DNA of 24,000 nucleotides. Origin: Streptobacillus notomytis. Lineage in GTDB: Bacteria; Fusobacteriota; Fusobacteriia; Fusobacteriales; Leptotrichiaceae. Positions within the stretch are counted from its first letter, which is position 1, and each line of letters begins with the position of its first letter. The position numbers and the translations under genes were made by a program. Below are positions 17,154 through 24,000 of this stretch, piece after piece. A model generated the notes under the pieces. It saw only the letters and a list, made by a program, of their open reading frames with translations, was not told the DNA's origin and searched no databases. Where the stretch lies: the NCBI GenBank assembly GCA_001612575.1, contig LJRV01000216.1:24860-48859 (forward strand). The letters run 5' to 3'.

Positions 17154-20100
17154 ATGAAAATAGTAAAAAGAAGCTTATCTTTTATACTTCCGATATCTCT
17201 TGTAATAGCAGGAGCTAAAGTATATATAAATTCTGAAGTTTTTAAAGGGCATTTAAAACTATTATTAAACAATGTTTTTGAAGTAAAAGTAGATTATTCA
17301 GATCTTAAATTATATGGTTTTTCAAATTTAGAAATAAAGAATTTAAGGCTAAGGACACAAGATGGAATAGAAGTAATTGCAGCAGATTTAGTTAGAGCAA
17401 AAATAAATCTATTTACACCGACTAGAATATCTGATGTTGAATTAATAAAAGGTAGGATAGTATTTGAAAGAGGTTTAAATGGTATAAATTTAAGAAAAAT
17501 ACTTCCAGCTTCTAATACAACAGATTATAGGAGATTATCATCAACAAATAGGGTGAGATTTAAAGATGTTTCATTAAAATATATAGATAAATCTTTTGGA
17601 TCAGTTATAGAAAAAGAATTCAAGGATGTTAATGGATATTTAATAAGTATTCTTCAAACTAGTCTTGATTTAGTAGCATATGCTAAAACTGATAATAAGG
17701 AAAAATTTGGAATTAATATTAAACTAGATTCAGATCAAATAAGAAATATTTTTGATTTATTTTCTATAAAAAAATATGATGATTATTATAAAGAAAAGAT
17801 AAAACTTAAATTTGATTTTGACAATGTCGGTTTAACCCAAAAACTATTTCAGTATGTACCAATTAGTAATATAGCTTCTGTACATAGTGGTAAGGTTAAT
17901 GGTAGTTTACTTATAAAAGAAAATGATGATGAAAATTTTGAATTTTATGGCAATTTACTTATTAACAATGCTGATGTTTGGTATAGGGAATATAATGGTA
18001 TAGTAAAAAATGTGAATGCTAATGTTAAATTTAATAAATATGATATAGATTTAGATGGAAAAGGTAAAATTGATGATGGTAATATAGATTTAGGTATTAG
18101 ATTTAATATTAATAATAATAGATTAAATGTTAAAACTAGTATAGATAACGTATATTATTCTACATTAAGAAAATACTCACTAGTTAACAATATAGGCTTA
18201 GATGGAAAATCAGATAAAGTAAAGGTAGATATAGATTTAGGATTAAGAATTAAAGAAGATGATTTTGATATAGAGAAATTTAATGGTAAAGTTAATACTA
18301 AATATTTAAATGTTTTTGATAGTGATATTAATAATTTTAACTTACATTTTAAATTAAAAGAAAAAAATGTAATTAATATTAAGACTCAAAATATGGCTTT
18401 TAATAAAAATGTTAATGAAAACTTAAATGTTAAGGCATTATTAAATGCAAACTTTAATTTGAATGTTAAAAATATTTCTGGTAGTGGAAACTTTGCCATA
18501 GATAATAAAAGTAAATTTGTTAACCTAGGTAGAATTAATGGAAGTGTAGAAGTAAAAGAAAACAAAGATATATTAGTTAACTTTAATGAAAAGAAGATAT
18601 TTGGTAATATGAAATATCTTAATGAAAAAAAAGAAGTTAAATTAAATGTTAATAATAGAGCAGCAGTTAATGTAAAATACATGGAAAATGATGTAAATAT
18701 TAAACCTAAGATTAATAATTTGACTTATTCACTTAAAAAAAATGATTTTATTTACGGAGCCTTAGATATACAAGCAAGATCTAATGACGGTAAATATTTT
18801 AATGATGTTAATGCAAAATTAAATATTAATAAGAGTAAATATAATGTTGACGCTTTTGCAAGAATTGATGATGGGAATATAAGGGTTAAGGGTAATAGTT
18901 ATAAAAAAATGAAACATGATTATACTTTAACAGCAAATAATTTTGACATGGTTAAATATCTAAAAAAAATAGGTGTTAATAATTTAAGTGAACTTGATGG
19001 TAATAAAGAAAGTTTCACAGCAAAAATTTCAGTTCATAATAGTAATGATAAAGTAAAATTATCCTTAGATTTAAATAATCCTGTAAATATTAAATTTAGG
19101 GATAGATTATTAGGAATTAAACCTGAATTAAAAGATTTGGTATATAACTTTAAAGATGGAATTGTTGAATCAGGAGCTATGAATCTTGGAGTTATAGGTG
19201 ATGGAAATATATTTGATAATATTACAACTGGTATTAGTGTTAATAATGGTAATTTAGATATAAGTTCAATAGTTAGTGTTAAAGACGGTAAATTAGTTTT
19301 TAATGGTAAGACTAATAAAGATTTAATACATTCATATGATATCAAGGGAGAGAAAATAGATATTTTTGAAATAGGTAAACTATTTGGATATATAGATAAA
19401 GATGTCAAAGAAAGTATGAAGATTAATTTTGAAACTAAGGTTAGTGGTAATATAGATGATATTAAAGGAGATATATACATTACAAGCCCCTATGGTGGAT
19501 ATATAGCCGAATATGAAAACCTTGTATTAAAGGGTAAGATAAATAATTTAAAAGAAATAGATTTAGATCTTGATTTATTTGTTGATGAGTTATGGATTAA
19601 ATATCAAAGATTTGTTGATATCAAATCTAAGGTTAAGATTAGAAAAGAAGATATATTCGTAGAAGAATTTGGGAATGATAATCTTAAACTTAAGGCTAAA
19701 TATAATTTAAAGACTAGAAATGTTAATTTAGAATCTAATTTAAATGCATATAATATTTATTCTACTTTTGGACCAGATATAGATTTATTGGTTAATAATA
19801 TGAAATTTAATGTTTATGGAAATTTAGATAATTTAAATGGTAATATATCTATCGATAAATCTCCTGTAATGTTAAATAAAAAGAAAATATCTGATTTTGT
19901 TATGAATGGTAATATAGTTAATAATAAGATTAATTTAGATAGGATGAAAATTAGAGATAATAATATAAGTGGATATTTTGATATTAAGAATAAGAATTAT
20001 GATATAAATATTAAACTTAAAGAAAATAATATAGAAGAATTAGTTGATATTCATGATTTGAAACTTAATGTAGACTCTAATTTAAATATTAAGGGTAATC

Positions 20101-22133
20101 TTTATAAGACAGATGTTACAGGTAATTTAGATATATATAATTTAAGCTATAAGGAATACAGAATACCCAAGGTGTTTTTAGATATTAATCATAAAGATAC
20201 GAGTATTTTTAATATTATGAAAACAGGAGTTCTTAATATTAATAATTTTGAGATTAAAGATAAAGAAAATAAAGAGGTATTTAAATTCAAAGATAGCTTT
20301 GATTTAGCTAATTTAGATGTAGATTATAACATTCAAAATAAAGAAATAGATTTAGGGAAAATAAGTTTATTAAATCATGAGACATATAAAGGTAAATTAA
20401 TACTTGATTTAATACTTAGACATAATAAAGAGGAAACTTTAGTTTCATTAAATGTTAAAAGTGATGAGCTATTATTAAATAGCTTAAAAGTAACAGATGT
20501 ATATTTTGATATACAGGGAAATGATAAAGTTATGAATATTTCTGGGGCTTACTTAGAATATGAAAATAACCCATTTTTATTAGATGGTTATGCAAGTTAT
20601 ATGTTAGATGACTATAATTTCAATCTATTAGCTAATGATTTTAACTTAAAATTCTTAGAAATTAGTGATAAAATTAAAAAATCTAGTGGTATAGCTAATC
20701 TTAATTTATCATTAAAGAAGAATTTAGTTCAGGGTAAAATTGATATGAATAATTTTTCGCTTGAAACTTTTGATGATATAGTTAATTTAAATAAAATTAA
20801 TGCCAATATAGATTTAAAAAATAAGACTATTAGTATTAATGATTTAAGTGGTAATGCAAATGGTGGAAACTTCAGTGTACTAGGAAAGTTTGATCTTCCT
20901 GAAATATCTGATGATTTTTTAACGTCTAAAAAAATTAAAACAGGATCTATAGAAGTTGACACAAAAATAGATAATGTAAATCTTAAATATGCAGGAAATA
21001 ATTTAAGGATTACGAGTGATATAAATATAGAGAATAATAAGATATTTGGTAATGTTATACTAAATAATGGAAATATAGTTAATATTTCTCCATTTTTAAG
21101 TAGTAGCAGAAAGTCTAAAAATAAATTAACTAATGTTAATGATTACTTTACTGAACTTAAAAATCAAATTATTAAAAATATAATAAACCAACATATTTTA
21201 GATGTATCCCTTGAAACTGAGAAAGATATTAATATTAACATACCTTCAGTAGTAGGTTTGGTTAAAGATGTTAAAGGAAATGCTTTTGGTAATGCAAGGG
21301 TTCTATTTGATAGATCTAATTTATCAATTTATTCAGATTTAAGTGTTAATAAAGGTGAATTTGTTTTAAATGGACATATATTTAAGGTAGAAGATGCTGT
21401 AGTTAAGTTTATAGGTAATCTTGATCCTATTATAGAATTTAAAGCAAGTACTCATGTAGGTGAGGATGTAATAATTATAAAAATAACAGGATCGCTTAAT
21501 AATAGAACTATAGAATTAAGTTCTGAACAAGGTAAGGATACTAATGAAATTTTAGGTATTATAGCCCTTAATGAAGAAGGTGGATTATTAGACGTAGATA
21601 AAATTAAAACTACAAATATTGTAGGTAAGGCTCTATCATCAGCTTTAAATAATTTACTATTTTCAACATTTACTAATAAGGTTAGTTCAACATTGGGTAT
21701 AAATGATTTTAAAATCAAAGCAAACTTTGATTCTAAAAATAATTTAGAGTTTAAGGATATCATAAATAATACAACAACAACTTTTTATATTAACAATCAA
21801 TTTTTTAATTTAAATAATCTTTATTGGAATGCAGAACTTACAGTTCCATTTGATTTAAAGATTGATAGAATAAAAAATGAATTGAAATATAATTTATGGT
21901 TAAACTACTTCTTGAAAAAAGGAATATCAGCTACAGCGGGTATAAAAAACCCTATAGATGTTACAAATAATAAGGCTAGAACTGCAACATTTTATACAGG
22001 GTTACAATATGATAATAGGTATGGAACCTTTATAGAAATTATTGATGATCTTTCAAGTTTATTCAAAAAGAAGAAGTATCTTAAAAACGAAGTAAAGAAA
22101 GAAAACGGAGTTGATAAGGAGACTAATAAGTAG
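17154..22133 (+). CDS. tamB: TamB-like translocation and assembly module protein (inner-membrane anchored, C-terminal DUF490 domain)
   Basis: The protein is 1659 aa with an N-terminal signal-anchor (SLSFILPISLVIAGAKVY). A long Asn/Lys/Asp-rich body with alternating beta-strand pattern follows. The C-terminal region DPIIEFKASTHVGEDVIIIKITGSLNNRTIELSSEQGKDTNEILGIIAL matches the DUF490/TamB signature. The gene sits immediately upstream of bamA. SD AGGAGG is present. Confidence 0.85.
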   Translation: MKIVKRSLSFILPISLVIAGAKVYINSEVFKGHLKLLLNNVFEVKVDYSDLKLYGFSNLEIKNLRLRTQDGIEVIAADLVRAKINLFTPTRISDVELIKGRIVFERGLNGINLRKILPASNTTDYRRLSSTNRVRFKDVSLKYIDKSFGSVIEKEFKDVNGYLISILQTSLDLVAYAKTDNKEKFGINIKLDSDQIRNIFDLFSIKKYDDYYKEKIKLKFDFDNVGLTQKLFQYVPISNIASVHSGKVNGSLLIKENDDENFEFYGNLLINNADVWYREYNGIVKNVNANVKFNKYDIDLDGKGKIDDGNIDLGIRFNINNNRLNVKTSIDNVYYSTLRKYSLVNNIGLDGKSDKVKVDIDLGLRIKEDDFDIEKFNGKVNTKYLNVFDSDINNFNLHFKLKEKNVINIKTQNMAFNKNVNENLNVKALLNANFNLNVKNISGSGNFAIDNKSKFVNLGRINGSVEVKENKDILVNFNEKKIFGNMKYLNEKKEVKLNVNNRAAVNVKYMENDVNIKPKINNLTYSLKKNDFIYGALDIQARSNDGKYFNDVNAKLNINKSKYNVDAFARIDDGNIRVKGNSYKKMKHDYTLTANNFDMVKYLKKIGVNNLSELDGNKESFTAKISVHNSNDKVKLSLDLNNPVNIKFRDRLLGIKPELKDLVYNFKDGIVESGAMNLGVIGDGNIFDNITTGISVNNGNLDISSIVSVKDGKLVFNGKTNKDLIHSYDIKGEKIDIFEIGKLFGYIDKDVKESMKINFETKVSGNIDDIKGDIYITSPYGGYIAEYENLVLKGKINNLKEIDLDLDLFVDELWIKYQRFVDIKSKVKIRKEDIFVEEFGNDNLKLKAKYNLKTRNVNLESNLNAYNIYSTFGPDIDLLVNNMKFNVYGNLDNLNGNISIDKSPVMLNKKKISDFVMNGNIVNNKINLDRMKIRDNNISGYFDIKNKNYDINIKLKENNIEELVDIHDLKLNVDSNLNIKGNLYKTDVTGNLDIYNLSYKEYRIPKVFLDINHKDTSIFNIMKTGVLNINNFEIKDKENKEVFKFKDSFDLANLDVDYNIQNKEIDLGKISLLNHETYKGKLILDLILRHNKEETLVSLNVKSDELLLNSLKVTDVYFDIQGNDKVMNISGAYLEYENNPFLLDGYASYMLDDYNFNLLANDFNLKFLEISDKIKKSSGIANLNLSLKKNLVQGKIDMNNFSLETFDDIVNLNKINANIDLKNKTISINDLSGNANGGNFSVLGKFDLPEISDDFLTSKKIKTGSIEVDTKIDNVNLKYAGNNLRITSDINIENNKIFGNVILNNGNIVNISPFLSSSRKSKNKLTNVNDYFTELKNQIIKNIINQHILDVSLETEKDININIPSVVGLVKDVKGNAFGNARVLFDRSNLSIYSDLSVNKGEFVLNGHIFKVEDAVVKFIGNLDPIIEFKASTHVGEDVIIIKITGSLNNRTIELSSEQGKDTNEILGIIALNEEGGLLDVDKIKTTNIVGKALSSALNNLLFSTFTNKVSSTLGINDFKIKANFDSKNNLEFKDIINNTTTTFYINNQFFNLNNLYWNAELTVPFDLKIDRIKNELKYNLWLNYFLKKGISATAGIKNPIDVTNNKARTATFYTGLQYDNRYGTFIEIIDDLSSLFKKKKYLKNEVKKENGVDKETNK

Positions 22134-22159
22134 AAAAAAATAATAATTTATGGTATAAT
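22131..22159 (+). promoter_or_regulatory. Putative extended -10 promoter upstream of bamA
   Basis: TGGTATAAT at 22151-22159 is a TGnTATAAT extended -10 element. A weak -35, TAGAAA (22131-22136), lies at 17-nt spacing. This is the 57-nt tamB-bamA gap. Confidence 0.35.
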
Positions 22160-22190
22160 CATAGACGGATAATAAATAGGAGGATATTCT

Positions 22191-24000
22191 ATGAAGAATA
22201 AAATATTAATTTCACTTTTATCTCTTGGAACTGCTTTAATGGCGGCACCAAAAATAAATAATATAGAAATTAGCAATTTGAAAAATTTAACTGAAAAGAT
22301 GGTAAGAGATTTATTGCCAGTTAAAGAAGGAACAGAATATACTAATAAACATTTAAGTGATATATATCTAGCTCTAGTTAGGACAGGATTTATACAAAAT
22401 GTAAATATTTATCCTACAAAAGATGGAGAAGATATAAAATTAAAAATAGTGGTAGATGAAGTTCCTAATGCAGATAAAATAGTTCAAAATATGAAGGAAA
22501 TAGAAGAATTAAAAAGAAAAACTGAATTTAAAATTGGAGAAATAATAGTTAAAGGGACAAGTCATGATATACAACCTTTAATAGATAAAACAGGTCTGAA
22601 AAAAGGAGAATATTTTACTCCATATGACGGAAAATTATTAGAAAACTTGATATTATCATCAGGATATTTTGGTTCAACTGAAATAAGAGTTTTTAGAACT
22701 TCTGATGAAAAAGTTATAGATATAGAAGTAAATGTATTAGAAAATCCAACAATTAAATCTGTTAGTATTAAAGGTTCAAGTATATTGACTGAAGAACAAT
22801 TAAAAGATATTTCAGGATTAAAAGTAGGAGATATATTAAATGGAAGATTACTTACTTTAGAAGAATCTCCAATAATTAAAGTTTATTCTGAAAATGGATT
22901 TTTATGGGTAGGATTTAAAGATATAACAGTTACAAAAGATGGAGATGTTACCATAGAATTACTTGAAGGTAAGATTAAAGATATTGTTTATGAGAAAAAA
23001 GGTAGTGTAAAAGAAAATGAAAGAATTAGTGAAAAAGACTATAGATTAAAGACACAACCACATATTTTTCAAAGAAATACTTATGTTAAAAAAGGTGAAA
23101 TATTAAATCAAAAAGAACTAGAACTTACATTAAGAGAGTTATTTAGAACAGGATTATTCTCATCACTTTCACATGAATTAATTAAAAGTTCAGATAATCC
23201 TGAAGAATTAGTTTTAAAAATTGTAGTTACTGAAAGACCAACTACAGGTATAAGTGCAAATATTTCTTATTCAACAGAAGACAGTTTATCAGGTTCATTA
23301 AAGTTAGAAGATACTAACTTCTTAGGTGGAGAACAAACATTTTCATTAATAGGTGAGGCAGGTGTTAAAGGAAACTATAACTTCTCATTTAATTTTAAGG
23401 ATCCATGGATAAAAGGAACAGATAGATTACTTGCTGGAGGAACAATATACTTTAAAAAGACTTCTGTTAAAGTTAAGGATTTAAGTGGATATGAAAATGG
23501 AAAAGATGAAGAAACTATTAAAAAACATTTGGCAGAACCTACAGATAAGGCATATACATTTGGTATTAATGGTCAATTAGGTAAAGGATTAACTAAAGAT
23601 CTTTATCTTTCTGTGTCGCCTAGATTATTAAATGTTTATGCTAAAAATAAAGGATCAGATGTAAATTCTCAAGTGTATCAAGATTATACGTTACTTGCAA
23701 TAGGTTCAGATTTAATTTATGATACTAGAGATGATAGAAACACTCCTAAAAAAGGATTTTATGCAGATCTATACTTTGAGGGAGGATATATAGTTAGGGA
23801 TAAATCTTTAATCGCCGAAAGACAAAATGATGGAACTATTAAATTTAAAGAAAAAAGTGGAGGTACTCCAAATTCAGGATCTGGAGCTTCTAGTTCTTCA
23901 TCAGGAGGAACATCAACAGCTTCAAAAGAATATGAGACTAAAAAGCCTAGACCATATTTTACAACATCACTTGATTTAAGAGCTTTCCATAGGGTATATA
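22191..24000 (+). CDS. bamA: Outer membrane protein assembly factor BamA (Omp85 family), 3'-truncated by the window edge
   Basis: This ORF is not in the supplied track because it has no stop in the window. I translated ATG 22191 through 23999 by hand and found the frame open for 603 codons. SD AGGAGG lies at 22178-22183. The signal peptide is MKNKILISLLSLGTALMA|AP. Repeated POTRA-like units occur (I..I.I.G...........l....G..........D...L...G.F..v). The barrel onset is ERPTTGISANISYSTEDSLSGSLKLEDTNFLGGEQ, and the motif YDTRDDRNTPKKGFY is also typical of the Omp85 barrel. Confidence 0.85.
   Translation, partial: MKNKILISLLSLGTALMAAPKINNIEISNLKNLTEKMVRDLLPVKEGTEYTNKHLSDIYLALVRTGFIQNVNIYPTKDGEDIKLKIVVDEVPNADKIVQNMKEIEELKRKTEFKIGEIIVKGTSHDIQPLIDKTGLKKGEYFTPYDGKLLENLILSSGYFGSTEIRVFRTSDEKVIDIEVNVLENPTIKSVSIKGSSILTEEQLKDISGLKVGDILNGRLLTLEESPIIKVYSENGFLWVGFKDITVTKDGDVTIELLEGKIKDIVYEKKGSVKENERISEKDYRLKTQPHIFQRNTYVKKGEILNQKELELTLRELFRTGLFSSLSHELIKSSDNPEELVLKIVVTERPTTGISANISYSTEDSLSGSLKLEDTNFLGGEQTFSLIGEAGVKGNYNFSFNFKDPWIKGTDRLLAGGTIYFKKTSVKVKDLSGYENGKDEETIKKHLAEPTDKAYTFGINGQLGKGLTKDLYLSVSPRLLNVYAKNKGSDVNSQVYQDYTLLAIGSDLIYDTRDDRNTPKKGFYADLYFEGGYIVRDKSLIAERQNDGTIKFKEKSGGTPNSGSGASSSSSGGTSTASKEYETKKPRPYFTTSLDLRAFHRVY

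Noticed and set aside
535-21763. All eleven minus-strand ORFs in the track (535-774, 1557-1757, 3572-3757, 6906-7115, 12762-12944, 13038-13310, 16783-17124, 18386-18682, 19034-19480, 20729-20962, 21452-21763)
   Set aside because: All but one lie entirely inside a well-supported + strand gene; 13038-13310 spans the rsmE/lipoprotein junction. Their Leu/Ile/Phe/Ser-rich low-complexity translations are typical of the antisense of AT-rich Lys/Glu/Asn-rich coding sequence. I noticed no SD sites. They are shadow ORFs.
1-24000. Search for tRNA/rRNA genes, CRISPR arrays, IS/transposase or integrase genes, and long direct or inverted nucleotide repeats
   Set aside because: None found by eye. Nearly all the sequence is accounted for by + strand CDSs, and the few intergenic gaps are too short. 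A computational scan (tRNAscan, a repeat finder) would be needed to exclude short elements formally.

Overview
This is a very AT-rich chromosomal segment from a diderm bacterium. Composition, AGA/ATA-heavy codon usage, split glyQ/glyS and an adjacent tamB-bamA pair suggest Fusobacteriota, perhaps Fusobacterium or a close relative; this taxon call is inference only. Every gene I can support lies on the + strand, and the genes are tightly packed. The only accessory-looking part is the first ~2.4 kb, which reads as a compact microcin C-type (peptidyl-nucleotide 'Trojan horse' RiPP antibiotic) cluster. It has a candidate 8-codon precursor ORF (GTG start, MIFTVVKN, C-terminal Asn, with an SD), then a hairpin terminator. 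Next come a 351-aa MccB-like E1/ThiF adenylyltransferase with a ~110-aa N-terminal extension, and a translationally coupled (ATGA overlap) MFS exporter. No mccD/E/F-type tailoring or immunity genes are visible. The window starts only 58 nt upstream of the candidate peptide, so the left context is unknown. The remaining 21.5 kb is core housekeeping in one co-directional array: tex, ileS, lspA, glyQ, glyS, a secreted hypothetical, ruvB (TTG start), rsmE, a LytR_C-domain lipoprotein, rsfS, mrdA (PBP2), rsmG, a very long tamB (1659 aa), and a 3'-truncated bamA that the ORF track omits because it runs off the window. I saw no tRNA/rRNA genes, CRISPR arrays, IS elements or long nucleotide repeats. 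All minus-strand ORFs in the track look like shadow ORFs.
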